A DNA stretch of 64,000 bases from Flectonema sp. DT1601 (Eukaryota): contig OZ025780.1 in NCBI GenBank assembly GCA_964019425.1, positions 868,001 through 932,000 of the forward strand, given 5' to 3'. Below, piece after piece: positions 33,001-48,000 of this stretch (positions within the stretch are counted from its first letter, which is position 1; each line of letters opens with the position of its first letter). The notes beneath the pieces are model-generated. The model was not told where the DNA came from. It saw only the letters and a list, made by a program, of their open reading frames with translations, and ran no database searches. The translations under genes were made by a program, and so were the position numbers.

Positions 33001-36000
33001 GGACTTATGCTTTGGACTGTTCCCTTGCAGAAAAAAAAAGTAAAATAAACCAACTTTGGGACATTAGAAAAGCATAAAATAAAAGTTGCTACAACCAAAA
33101 GACAACTGCAAAAAAAAAAGGTTTTTGTAGGGGAGCTACAATGTAGCAATAATGTCACACAGTCATGTGGCAAGCTGGATAAGAGATTTGGGAGAGGAAT
33201 AGGGGCAGTGAACTTTTGGTTCAGGCCCTTCCCATCGAACAGGACGAAGACTTCTAAAACCTGAGATGAACCAATTGAGTTGAAACAAACAAATAACAGA
33301 GACGCAACACATACCGGAACATCATCGCAAGCAATGCTTCGGACCTCCGTCGACCTTCGTTCTTCCGGCGGCAAAGGGAAACAAGAAAGAACGGGCAATG
33401 AGACAAACCTGTTAGTTGGTGTTGTGTTGTTGTTAAAAACAAAAACATAAACGCCAGGAAGTTCGACAACGAAGACATCGACATCGATCGCTGCTCTGCA
33501 GATGTCCGGCGGGTGTTTGTCTACACTGTGTTTATTGTTTGTTTTTTTCCCAAGGTTCAACCTTGGGAAGAGAAGTAAAAAATTCCGTCAATGTTGGCCT
33601 TCCTGTTCGAAGGTGCGCACCAATGACGATAAATAGAGTGGGGGGGAGAAAACCTTTGATCCAACTGGATCCCTTCACGAGCCGACATTGCCATGTGAAG
33701 TTAAATATTCTGGCGATGCCAGCTCAGGCGACTTAGCCTGCTTTTTTCTTTAAATAAAAAAAATAAAAAGATACCAACAGGTGGGGTGATGGGTTGCGCC
33801 ACTGCAATCCAGTCACAAAAAGAAACAAAGGTAATCTCAAGGGTTCTCGACCCTTGGCTCTCCCTGCGCAAGCATCGCATGGAGGGTGACGCTAAGCACC
33901 CGGGGGGTACGAAACAAACTTTCCCCCTGCTGTCCTGTTTGAAATAAAAAAAAAAAACAAAGGGATAGAAGTAAACAGAATACGTTACACCTCAACAGGT
34001 GACGCTAAACACCCAGGGGATACAAACCAAACTTTCCCCCTGTTGCCCTGTTTGAAATAAATTAAAAAAAGAACAAGAAAACAGAATACAATACTCAGCA
34101 ATCAGACTCGTTCACTCGCTTCGCCAGAGCCGTTCGAGCCGATGCTCATGTAAAGTTACCTGTTTTCTTTTAACAAATTAAATAAAATAAGATAAATAAA
34201 AATAAAGAAGCGCAACGGAGAGGAATACATAACACCTCGACTCTTGCGCTAGCATCGCAAGGGGGGTACCCGGGAGATACAAACCAAACTTTCTCTGGAA
34301 TACAATACCTAACAATCAGTGCGTTCACTGGCCTTAGGGCTGTTCGGACTTATGCTTTGGACTGTTCCCTTGCAGAAAAAAAAAGTAAAATAAACCAACT
34401 TTGGGACATTAGAAAAGCATAAAATAAAAGTTGCTACAACCAAAAGACAACTGCAAAAAAAAAAGGTTTTTGTAGGGGAGCTACAATGTAGCAATAATGT
34501 CACACAGTCATGTGGCAAGCTGGATAAGAGATTTGGGAGAGGAATAGGGGCAGTGAACTTTTGGTTCAGGCCCTTCCCATCGAACAGGACGAAGACTTCT
34601 AAAACCTGAGATGAACCAATTGAGTTGAAACAAACAAATAACAGAGACGCAACACATACCGGAACATCATCGCAAGCAATGCTTCGGACCTCCGTCGACC
34701 TTCGTTCTTCCGGCGGCAAAGGGAAACAAGAAAGAACGGGCAATGAGACAAACCTGTTAGTTGGTGTTGTGTTGTTGTTAAAAACAAAAACATAAACGCC
34801 AGGAAGTTCGACAACGAAGACATCGACATCGATCGCTGCTCTGCAGATGTCCGGCGGGTGTTTGTCTACACTGTGTTTATTGTTTGTTTTTTTCCCAAGG
34901 TTCAACCTTGGGAAGAGAAGTAAAAAATTCCGTCAATGTTGGCCTTCCTGTTCGAAGGTGCGCACCAATGACGATAAATAGAGTGGGGGGGAGAAAACCT
35001 TTGATCCAACTGGATCCCTTCACGAGCCGACATTGCCATGTGAAGTTAAATATTCTGGCGATGCCAGCTCAGGCGACTTAGCCTGCTTTTTTCTTTAAAT
35101 AAAAAAAATAAAAAGATACCAACAGGTGGGGTGATGGGTTGCGCCACTGCAATCCAGTCACAAAAAGAAACAAAGGTAATCTCAAGGGTTCTCGACCCTT
35201 GGCTCTCCCTGCGCAAGCATCGCATGGAGGGTGACGCTAAGCACCCGGGGGGTACGAAACAAACTTTCCCCCTGCTGTCCTGTTTGAAATAAAAAAAAAA
35301 AACAAAGGGATAGAAGTAAACAGAATACGTTACACCTCAACAGGTGACGCTAAACACCCAGGGGATACAAACCAAACTTTCCCCCTGTTGCCCTGTTTGA
35401 AATAAATTAAAAAAAGAACAAGAAAACAGAATACAATACTCAGCAATCAGACTCGTTCACTCGCTTCGCCAGAGCCGTTCGAGCCGATGCTCATGTAAAG
35501 TTACCTGTTTTCTTTTAACAAATTAAATAAAATAAGATAAATAAAAATAAAGAAGCGCAACGGAGAGGAATACATAACACCTCGACTCTTGCGCTAGCAT
35601 CGCAAGGGGGGTACCCGGGAGATACAAACCAAACTTTCTCTGGAATACAATACCTAACAATCAGTGCGTTCACTGGCCTTAGGGCTGTTCGGACTTATGC
35701 TTTGGACTGTTCCCTTGCAGAAAAAAAAAGTAAAATAAACCAACTTTGGGACATTAGAAAAGCATAAAATAAAAGTTGCTACAACCAAAAGACAACTGCA
35801 AAAAAAAAAGGTTTTTGTAGGGGAGCTACAATGTAGCAATAATGTCACACAGTCATGTGGCAAGCTGGATAAGAGATTTGGGAGAGGAATAGGGGCAGTG
35901 AACTTTTGGTTCAGGCCCTTCCCATCGAACAGGACGAAGACTTCTAAAACCTGAGATGAACCAATTGAGTTGAAACAAACAAATAACAGAGACGCAACAC

Positions 36001-39000
36001 ATACCGGAACATCATCGCAAGCAATGCTTCGGACCTCCGTCGACCTTCGTTCTTCCGGCGGCAAAGGGAAACAAGAAAGAACGGGCAATGAGACAAACCT
36101 GTTAGTTGGTGTTGTGTTGTTGTTAAAAACAAAAACATAAACGCCAGGAAGTTCGACAACGAAGACATCGACATCGATCGCTGCTCTGCAGATGTCCGGC
36201 GGGTGTTTGTCTACACTGTGTTTATTGTTTGTTTTTTTCCCAAGGTTCAACCTTGGGAAGAGAAGTAAAAAATTCCGTCAATGTTGGCCTTCCTGTTCGA
36301 AGGTGCGCACCAATGACGATAAATAGAGTGGGGGGGAGAAAACCTTTGATCCAACTGGATCCCTTCACGAGCCGACATTGCCATGTGAAGTTAAATATTC
36401 TGGCGATGCCAGCTCAGGCGACTTAGCCTGCTTTTTTCTTTAAATAAAAAAAATAAAAAGATACCAACAGGTGGGGTGATGGGTTGCGCCACTGCAATCC
36501 AGTCACAAAAAGAAACAAAGGTAATCTCAAGGGTTCTCGACCCTTGGCTCTCCCTGCGCAAGCATCGCATGGAGGGTGACGCTAAGCACCCGGGGGGTAC
36601 GAAACAAACTTTCCCCCTGCTGTCCTGTTTGAAATAAAAAAAAAAAACAAAGGGATAGAAGTAAACAGAATACGTTACACCTCAACAGGTGACGCTAAAC
36701 ACCCAGGGGATACAAACCAAACTTTCCCCCTGTTGCCCTGTTTGAAATAAATTAAAAAAAGAACAAGAAAACAGAATACAATACTCAGCAATCAGACTCG
36801 TTCACTCGCTTCGCCAGAGCCGTTCGAGCCGATGCTCATGTAAAGTTACCTGTTTTCTTTTAACAAATTAAATAAAATAAGATAAATAAAAATAAAGAAG
36901 CGCAACGGAGAGGAATACATAACACCTCGACTCTTGCGCTAGCATCGCAAGGGGGGTACCCGGGAGATACAAACCAAACTTTCTCTGGAATACAATACCT
37001 AACAATCAGTGCGTTCACTGGCCTTAGGGCTGTTCGGACTTATGCTTTGGACTGTTCCCTTGCAGAAAAAAAAAGTAAAATAAACCAACTTTGGGACATT
37101 AGAAAAGCATAAAATAAAAGTTGCTACAACCAAAAGACAACTGCAAAAAAAAAAGGTTTTTGTAGGGGAGCTACAATGTAGCAATAATGTCACACAGTCA
37201 TGTGGCAAGCTGGATAAGAGATTTGGGAGAGGAATAGGGGCAGTGAACTTTTGGTTCAGGCCCTTCCCATCGAACAGGACGAAGACTTCTAAAACCTGAG
37301 ATGAACCAATTGAGTTGAAACAAACAAATAACAGAGACGCAACACATACCGGAACATCATCGCAAGCAATGCTTCGGACCTCCGTCGACCTTCGTTCTTC
37401 CGGCGGCAAAGGGAAACAAGAAAGAACGGGCAATGAGACAAACCTGTTAGTTGGTGTTGTGTTGTTGTTAAAAACAAAAACATAAACGCCAGGAAGTTCG
37501 ACAACGAAGACATCGACATCGATCGCTGCTCTGCAGATGTCCGGCGGGTGTTTGTCTACACTGTGTTTATTGTTTGTTTTTTTCCCAAGGTTCAACCTTG
37601 GGAAGAGAAGTAAAAAATTCCGTCAATGTTGGCCTTCCTGTTCGAAGGTGCGCACCAATGACGATAAATAGAGTGGGGGGGAGAAAACCTTTGATCCAAC
37701 TGGATCCCTTCACGAGCCGACATTGCCATGTGAAGTTAAATATTCTGGCGATGCCAGCTCAGGCGACTTAGCCTGCTTTTTTCTTTAAATAAAAAAAATA
37801 AAAAGATACCAACAGGTGGGGTGATGGGTTGCGCCACTGCAATCCAGTCACAAAAAGAAACAAAGGTAATCTCAAGGGTTCTCGACCCTTGGCTCTCCCT
37901 GCGCAAGCATCGCATGGAGGGTGACGCTAAGCACCCGGGGGGTACGAAACAAACTTTCCCCCTGCTGTCCTGTTTGAAATAAAAAAAAAAAACAAAGGGA
38001 TAGAAGTAAACAGAATACGTTACACCTCAACAGGTGACGCTAAACACCCAGGGGATACAAACCAAACTTTCCCCCTGTTGCCCTGTTTGAAATAAATTAA
38101 AAAAAGAACAAGAAAACAGAATACAATACTCAGCAATCAGACTCGTTCACTCGCTTCGCCAGAGCCGTTCGAGCCGATGCTCATGTAAAGTTACCTGTTT
38201 TCTTTTAACAAATTAAATAAAATAAGATAAATAAAAATAAAGAAGCGCAACGGAGAGGAATACATAACACCTCGACTCTTGCGCTAGCATCGCAAGGGGG
38301 GTACCCGGGAGATACAAACCAAACTTTCTCTGGAATACAATACCTAACAATCAGTGCGTTCACTGGCCTTAGGGCTGTTCGGACTTATGCTTTGGACTGT
38401 TCCCTTGCAGAAAAAAAAAGTAAAATAAACCAACTTTGGGACATTAGAAAAGCATAAAATAAAAGTTGCTACAACCAAAAGACAACTGCAAAAAAAAAAG
38501 GTTTTTGTAGGGGAGCTACAATGTAGCAATAATGTCACACAGTCATGTGGCAAGCTGGATAAGAGATTTGGGAGAGGAATAGGGGCAGTGAACTTTTGGT
38601 TCAGGCCCTTCCCATCGAACAGGACGAAGACTTCTAAAACCTGAGATGAACCAATTGAGTTGAAACAAACAAATAACAGAGACGCAACACATACCGGAAC
38701 ATCATCGCAAGCAATGCTTCGGACCTCCGTCGACCTTCGTTCTTCCGGCGGCAAAGGGAAACAAGAAAGAACGGGCAATGAGACAAACCTGTTAGTTGGT
38801 GTTGTGTTGTTGTTAAAAACAAAAACATAAACGCCAGGAAGTTCGACAACGAAGACATCGACATCGATCGCTGCTCTGCAGATGTCCGGCGGGTGTTTGT
38901 CTACACTGTGTTTATTGTTTGTTTTTTTCCCAAGGTTCAACCTTGGGAAGAGAAGTAAAAAATTCCGTCAATGTTGGCCTTCCTGTTCGAAGGTGCGCAC

Positions 39001-42000
39001 CAATGACGATAAATAGAGTGGGGGGGAGAAAACCTTTGATCCAACTGGATCCCTTCACGAGCCGACATTGCCATGTGAAGTTAAATATTCTGGCGATGCC
39101 AGCTCAGGCGACTTAGCCTGCTTTTTTCTTTAAATAAAAAAAATAAAAAGATACCAACAGGTGGGGTGATGGGTTGCGCCACTGCAATCCAGTCACAAAA
39201 AGAAACAAAGGTAATCTCAAGGGTTCTCGACCCTTGGCTCTCCCTGCGCAAGCATCGCATGGAGGGTGACGCTAAGCACCCGGGGGGTACGAAACAAACT
39301 TTCCCCCTGCTGTCCTGTTTGAAATAAAAAAAAAAAACAAAGGGATAGAAGTAAACAGAATACGTTACACCTCAACAGGTGACGCTAAACACCCAGGGGA
39401 TACAAACCAAACTTTCCCCCTGTTGCCCTGTTTGAAATAAATTAAAAAAAGAACAAGAAAACAGAATACAATACTCAGCAATCAGACTCGTTCACTCGCT
39501 TCGCCAGAGCCGTTCGAGCCGATGCTCATGTAAAGTTACCTGTTTTCTTTTAACAAATTAAATAAAATAAGATAAATAAAAATAAAGAAGCGCAACGGAG
39601 AGGAATACATAACACCTCGACTCTTGCGCTAGCATCGCAAGGGGGGTACCCGGGAGATACAAACCAAACTTTCTCTGGAATACAATACCTAACAATCAGT
39701 GCGTTCACTGGCCTTAGGGCTGTTCGGACTTATGCTTTGGACTGTTCCCTTGCAGAAAAAAAAAGTAAAATAAACCAACTTTGGGACATTAGAAAAGCAT
39801 AAAATAAAAGTTGCTACAACCAAAAGACAACTGCAAAAAAAAAAGGTTTTTGTAGGGGAGCTACAATGTAGCAATAATGTCACACAGTCATGTGGCAAGC
39901 TGGATAAGAGATTTGGGAGAGGAATAGGGGCAGTGAACTTTTGGTTCAGGCCCTTCCCATCGAACAGGACGAAGACTTCTAAAACCTGAGATGAACCAAT
40001 TGAGTTGAAACAAACAAATAACAGAGACGCAACACATACCGGAACATCATCGCAAGCAATGCTTCGGACCTCCGTCGACCTTCGTTCTTCCGGCGGCAAA
40101 GGGAAACAAGAAAGAACGGGCAATGAGACAAACCTGTTAGTTGGTGTTGTGTTGTTGTTAAAAACAAAAACATAAACGCCAGGAAGTTCGACAACGAAGA
40201 CATCGACATCGATCGCTGCTCTGCAGATGTCCGGCGGGTGTTTGTCTACACTGTGTTTATTGTTTGTTTTTTTCCCAAGGTTCAACCTTGGGAAGAGAAG
40301 TAAAAAATTCCGTCAATGTTGGCCTTCCTGTTCGAAGGTGCGCACCAATGACGATAAATAGAGTGGGGGGGAGAAAACCTTTGATCCAACTGGATCCCTT
40401 CACGAGCCGACATTGCCATGTGAAGTTAAATATTCTGGCGATGCCAGCTCAGGCGACTTAGCCTGCTTTTTTCTTTAAATAAAAAAAATAAAAAGATACC
40501 AACAGGTGGGGTGATGGGTTGCGCCACTGCAATCCAGTCACAAAAAGAAACAAAGGTAATCTCAAGGGTTCTCGACCCTTGGCTCTCCCTGCGCAAGCAT
40601 CGCATGGAGGGTGACGCTAAGCACCCGGGGGGTACGAAACAAACTTTCCCCCTGCTGTCCTGTTTGAAATAAAAAAAAAAAACAAAGGGATAGAAGTAAA
40701 CAGAATACGTTACACCTCAACAGGTGACGCTAAACACCCAGGGGATACAAACCAAACTTTCCCCCTGTTGCCCTGTTTGAAATAAATTAAAAAAAGAACA
40801 AGAAAACAGAATACAATACTCAGCAATCAGACTCGTTCACTCGCTTCGCCAGAGCCGTTCGAGCCGATGCTCATGTAAAGTTACCTGTTTTCTTTTAACA
40901 AATTAAATAAAATAAGATAAATAAAAATAAAGAAGCGCAACGGAGAGGAATACATAACACCTCGACTCTTGCGCTAGCATCGCAAGGGGGGTACCCGGGA
41001 GATACAAACCAAACTTTCTCTGGAATACAATACCTAACAATCAGTGCGTTCACTGGCCTTAGGGCTGTTCGGACTTATGCTTTGGACTGTTCCCTTGCAG
41101 AAAAAAAAAGTAAAATAAACCAACTTTGGGACATTAGAAAAGCATAAAATAAAAGTTGCTACAACCAAAAGACAACTGCAAAAAAAAAAGGTTTTTGTAG
41201 GGGAGCTACAATGTAGCAATAATGTCACACAGTCATGTGGCAAGCTGGATAAGAGATTTGGGAGAGGAATAGGGGCAGTGAACTTTTGGTTCAGGCCCTT
41301 CCCATCGAACAGGACGAAGACTTCTAAAACCTGAGATGAACCAATTGAGTTGAAACAAACAAATAACAGAGACGCAACACATACCGGAACATCATCGCAA
41401 GCAATGCTTCGGACCTCCGTCGACCTTCGTTCTTCCGGCGGCAAAGGGAAACAAGAAAGAACGGGCAATGAGACAAACCTGTTAGTTGGTGTTGTGTTGT
41501 TGTTAAAAACAAAAACATAAACGCCAGGAAGTTCGACAACGAAGACATCGACATCGATCGCTGCTCTGCAGATGTCCGGCGGGTGTTTGTCTACACTGTG
41601 TTTATTGTTTGTTTTTTTCCCAAGGTTCAACCTTGGGAAGAGAAGTAAAAAATTCCGTCAATGTTGGCCTTCCTGTTCGAAGGTGCGCACCAATGACGAT
41701 AAATAGAGTGGGGGGGAGAAAACCTTTGATCCAACTGGATCCCTTCACGAGCCGACATTGCCATGTGAAGTTAAATATTCTGGCGATGCCAGCTCAGGCG
41801 ACTTAGCCTGCTTTTTTCTTTAAATAAAAAAAATAAAAAGATACCAACAGGTGGGGTGATGGGTTGCGCCACTGCAATCCAGTCACAAAAAGAAACAAAG
41901 GTAATCTCAAGGGTTCTCGACCCTTGGCTCTCCCTGCGCAAGCATCGCATGGAGGGTGACGCTAAGCACCCGGGGGGTACGAAACAAACTTTCCCCCTGC

Positions 42001-45000
42001 TGTCCTGTTTGAAATAAAAAAAAAAAACAAAGGGATAGAAGTAAACAGAATACGTTACACCTCAACAGGTGACGCTAAACACCCAGGGGATACAAACCAA
42101 ACTTTCCCCCTGTTGCCCTGTTTGAAATAAATTAAAAAAAGAACAAGAAAACAGAATACAATACTCAGCAATCAGACTCGTTCACTCGCTTCGCCAGAGC
42201 CGTTCGAGCCGATGCTCATGTAAAGTTACCTGTTTTCTTTTAACAAATTAAATAAAATAAGATAAATAAAAATAAAGAAGCGCAACGGAGAGGAATACAT
42301 AACACCTCGACTCTTGCGCTAGCATCGCAAGGGGGGTACCCGGGAGATACAAACCAAACTTTCTCTGGAATACAATACCTAACAATCAGTGCGTTCACTG
42401 GCCTTAGGGCTGTTCGGACTTATGCTTTGGACTGTTCCCTTGCAGAAAAAAAAAGTAAAATAAACCAACTTTGGGACATTAGAAAAGCATAAAATAAAAG
42501 TTGCTACAACCAAAAGACAACTGCAAAAAAAAAAGGTTTTTGTAGGGGAGCTACAATGTAGCAATAATGTCACACAGTCATGTGGCAAGCTGGATAAGAG
42601 ATTTGGGAGAGGAATAGGGGCAGTGAACTTTTGGTTCAGGCCCTTCCCATCGAACAGGACGAAGACTTCTAAAACCTGAGATGAACCAATTGAGTTGAAA
42701 CAAACAAATAACAGAGACGCAACACATACCGGAACATCATCGCAAGCAATGCTTCGGACCTCCGTCGACCTTCGTTCTTCCGGCGGCAAAGGGAAACAAG
42801 AAAGAACGGGCAATGAGACAAACCTGTTAGTTGGTGTTGTGTTGTTGTTAAAAACAAAAACATAAACGCCAGGAAGTTCGACAACGAAGACATCGACATC
42901 GATCGCTGCTCTGCAGATGTCCGGCGGGTGTTTGTCTACACTGTGTTTATTGTTTGTTTTTTTCCCAAGGTTCAACCTTGGGAAGAGAAGTAAAAAATTC
43001 CGTCAATGTTGGCCTTCCTGTTCGAAGGTGCGCACCAATGACGATAAATAGAGTGGGGGGGAGAAAACCTTTGATCCAACTGGATCCCTTCACGAGCCGA
43101 CATTGCCATGTGAAGTTAAATATTCTGGCGATGCCAGCTCAGGCGACTTAGCCTGCTTTTTTCTTTAAATAAAAAAAATAAAAAGATACCAACAGGTGGG
43201 GTGATGGGTTGCGCCACTGCAATCCAGTCACAAAAAGAAACAAAGGTAATCTCAAGGGTTCTCGACCCTTGGCTCTCCCTGCGCAAGCATCGCATGGAGG
43301 GTGACGCTAAGCACCCGGGGGGTACGAAACAAACTTTCCCCCTGCTGTCCTGTTTGAAATAAAAAAAAAAAACAAAGGGATAGAAGTAAACAGAATACGT
43401 TACACCTCAACAGGTGACGCTAAACACCCAGGGGATACAAACCAAACTTTCCCCCTGTTGCCCTGTTTGAAATAAATTAAAAAAAGAACAAGAAAACAGA
43501 ATACAATACTCAGCAATCAGACTCGTTCACTCGCTTCGCCAGAGCCGTTCGAGCCGATGCTCATGTAAAGTTACCTGTTTTCTTTTAACAAATTAAATAA
43601 AATAAGATAAATAAAAATAAAGAAGCGCAACGGAGAGGAATACATAACACCTCGACTCTTGCGCTAGCATCGCAAGGGGGGTACCCGGGAGATACAAACC
43701 AAACTTTCTCTGGAATACAATACCTAACAATCAGTGCGTTCACTGGCCTTAGGGCTGTTCGGACTTATGCTTTGGACTGTTCCCTTGCAGAAAAAAAAAG
43801 TAAAATAAACCAACTTTGGGACATTAGAAAAGCATAAAATAAAAGTTGCTACAACCAAAAGACAACTGCAAAAAAAAAAGGTTTTTGTAGGGGAGCTACA
43901 ATGTAGCAATAATGTCACACAGTCATGTGGCAAGCTGGATAAGAGATTTGGGAGAGGAATAGGGGCAGTGAACTTTTGGTTCAGGCCCTTCCCATCGAAC
44001 AGGACGAAGACTTCTAAAACCTGAGATGAACCAATTGAGTTGAAACAAACAAATAACAGAGACGCAACACATACCGGAACATCATCGCAAGCAATGCTTC
44101 GGACCTCCGTCGACCTTCGTTCTTCCGGCGGCAAAGGGAAACAAGAAAGAACGGGCAATGAGACAAACCTGTTAGTTGGTGTTGTGTTGTTGTTAAAAAC
44201 AAAAACATAAACGCCAGGAAGTTCGACAACGAAGACATCGACATCGATCGCTGCTCTGCAGATGTCCGGCGGGTGTTTGTCTACACTGTGTTTATTGTTT
44301 GTTTTTTTCCCAAGGTTCAACCTTGGGAAGAGAAGTAAAAAATTCCGTCAATGTTGGCCTTCCTGTTCGAAGGTGCGCACCAATGACGATAAATAGAGTG
44401 GGGGGGAGAAAACCTTTGATCCAACTGGATCCCTTCACGAGCCGACATTGCCATGTGAAGTTAAATATTCTGGCGATGCCAGCTCAGGCGACTTAGCCTG
44501 CTTTTTTCTTTAAATAAAAAAAATAAAAAGATACCAACAGGTGGGGTGATGGGTTGCGCCACTGCAATCCAGTCACAAAAAGAAACAAAGGTAATCTCAA
44601 GGGTTCTCGACCCTTGGCTCTCCCTGCGCAAGCATCGCATGGAGGGTGACGCTAAGCACCCGGGGGGTACGAAACAAACTTTCCCCCTGCTGTCCTGTTT
44701 GAAATAAAAAAAAAAAACAAAGGGATAGAAGTAAACAGAATACGTTACACCTCAACAGGTGACGCTAAACACCCAGGGGATACAAACCAAACTTTCCCCC
44801 TGTTGCCCTGTTTGAAATAAATTAAAAAAAGAACAAGAAAACAGAATACAATACTCAGCAATCAGACTCGTTCACTCGCTTCGCCAGAGCCGTTCGAGCC
44901 GATGCTCATGTAAAGTTACCTGTTTTCTTTTAACAAATTAAATAAAATAAGATAAATAAAAATAAAGAAGCGCAACGGAGAGGAATACATAACACCTCGA

Positions 45001-48000
45001 CTCTTGCGCTAGCATCGCAAGGGGGGTACCCGGGAGATACAAACCAAACTTTCTCTGGAATACAATACCTAACAATCAGTGCGTTCACTGGCCTTAGGGC
45101 TGTTCGGACTTATGCTTTGGACTGTTCCCTTGCAGAAAAAAAAAGTAAAATAAACCAACTTTGGGACATTAGAAAAGCATAAAATAAAAGTTGCTACAAC
45201 CAAAAGACAACTGCAAAAAAAAAAGGTTTTTGTAGGGGAGCTACAATGTAGCAATAATGTCACACAGTCATGTGGCAAGCTGGATAAGAGATTTGGGAGA
45301 GGAATAGGGGCAGTGAACTTTTGGTTCAGGCCCTTCCCATCGAACAGGACGAAGACTTCTAAAACCTGAGATGAACCAATTGAGTTGAAACAAACAAATA
45401 ACAGAGACGCAACACATACCGGAACATCATCGCAAGCAATGCTTCGGACCTCCGTCGACCTTCGTTCTTCCGGCGGCAAAGGGAAACAAGAAAGAACGGG
45501 CAATGAGACAAACCTGTTAGTTGGTGTTGTGTTGTTGTTAAAAACAAAAACATAAACGCCAGGAAGTTCGACAACGAAGACATCGACATCGATCGCTGCT
45601 CTGCAGATGTCCGGCGGGTGTTTGTCTACACTGTGTTTATTGTTTGTTTTTTTCCCAAGGTTCAACCTTGGGAAGAGAAGTAAAAAATTCCGTCAATGTT
45701 GGCCTTCCTGTTCGAAGGTGCGCACCAATGACGATAAATAGAGTGGGGGGGAGAAAACCTTTGATCCAACTGGATCCCTTCACGAGCCGACATTGCCATG
45801 TGAAGTTAAATATTCTGGCGATGCCAGCTCAGGCGACTTAGCCTGCTTTTTTCTTTAAATAAAAAAAATAAAAAGATACCAACAGGTGGGGTGATGGGTT
45901 GCGCCACTGCAATCCAGTCACAAAAAGAAACAAAGGTAATCTCAAGGGTTCTCGACCCTTGGCTCTCCCTGCGCAAGCATCGCATGGAGGGTGACGCTAA
46001 GCACCCGGGGGGTACGAAACAAACTTTCCCCCTGCTGTCCTGTTTGAAATAAAAAAAAAAAACAAAGGGATAGAAGTAAACAGAATACGTTACACCTCAA
46101 CAGGTGACGCTAAACACCCAGGGGATACAAACCAAACTTTCCCCCTGTTGCCCTGTTTGAAATAAATTAAAAAAAGAACAAGAAAACAGAATACAATACT
46201 CAGCAATCAGACTCGTTCACTCGCTTCGCCAGAGCCGTTCGAGCCGATGCTCATGTAAAGTTACCTGTTTTCTTTTAACAAATTAAATAAAATAAGATAA
46301 ATAAAAATAAAGAAGCGCAACGGAGAGGAATACATAACACCTCGACTCTTGCGCTAGCATCGCAAGGGGGGTACCCGGGAGATACAAACCAAACTTTCTC
46401 TGGAATACAATACCTAACAATCAGTGCGTTCACTGGCCTTAGGGCTGTTCGGACTTATGCTTTGGACTGTTCCCTTGCAGAAAAAAAAAGTAAAATAAAC
46501 CAACTTTGGGACATTAGAAAAGCATAAAATAAAAGTTGCTACAACCAAAAGACAACTGCAAAAAAAAAAGGTTTTTGTAGGGGAGCTACAATGTAGCAAT
46601 AATGTCACACAGTCATGTGGCAAGCTGGATAAGAGATTTGGGAGAGGAATAGGGGCAGTGAACTTTTGGTTCAGGCCCTTCCCATCGAACAGGACGAAGA
46701 CTTCTAAAACCTGAGATGAACCAATTGAGTTGAAACAAACAAATAACAGAGACGCAACACATACCGGAACATCATCGCAAGCAATGCTTCGGACCTCCGT
46801 CGACCTTCGTTCTTCCGGCGGCAAAGGGAAACAAGAAAGAACGGGCAATGAGACAAACCTGTTAGTTGGTGTTGTGTTGTTGTTAAAAACAAAAACATAA
46901 ACGCCAGGAAGTTCGACAACGAAGACATCGACATCGATCGCTGCTCTGCAGATGTCCGGCGGGTGTTTGTCTACACTGTGTTTATTGTTTGTTTTTTTCC
47001 CAAGGTTCAACCTTGGGAAGAGAAGTAAAAAATTCCGTCAATGTTGGCCTTCCTGTTCGAAGGTGCGCACCAATGACGATAAATAGAGTGGGGGGGAGAA
47101 AACCTTTGATCCAACTGGATCCCTTCACGAGCCGACATTGCCATGTGAAGTTAAATATTCTGGCGATGCCAGCTCAGGCGACTTAGCCTGCTTTTTTCTT
47201 TAAATAAAAAAAATAAAAAGATACCAACAGGTGGGGTGATGGGTTGCGCCACTGCAATCCAGTCACAAAAAGAAACAAAGGTAATCTCAAGGGTTCTCGA
47301 CCCTTGGCTCTCCCTGCGCAAGCATCGCATGGAGGGTGACGCTAAGCACCCGGGGGGTACGAAACAAACTTTCCCCCTGCTGTCCTGTTTGAAATAAAAA
47401 AAAAAAACAAAGGGATAGAAGTAAACAGAATACGTTACACCTCAACAGGTGACGCTAAACACCCAGGGGATACAAACCAAACTTTCCCCCTGTTGCCCTG
47501 TTTGAAATAAATTAAAAAAAGAACAAGAAAACAGAATACAATACTCAGCAATCAGACTCGTTCACTCGCTTCGCCAGAGCCGTTCGAGCCGATGCTCATG
47601 TAAAGTTACCTGTTTTCTTTTAACAAATTAAATAAAATAAGATAAATAAAAATAAAGAAGCGCAACGGAGAGGAATACATAACACCTCGACTCTTGCGCT
47701 AGCATCGCAAGGGGGGTACCCGGGAGATACAAACCAAACTTTCTCTGGAATACAATACCTAACAATCAGTGCGTTCACTGGCCTTAGGGCTGTTCGGACT
47801 TATGCTTTGGACTGTTCCCTTGCAGAAAAAAAAAGTAAAATAAACCAACTTTGGGACATTAGAAAAGCATAAAATAAAAGTTGCTACAACCAAAAGACAA
47901 CTGCAAAAAAAAAAGGTTTTTGTAGGGGAGCTACAATGTAGCAATAATGTCACACAGTCATGTGGCAAGCTGGATAAGAGATTTGGGAGAGGAATAGGGG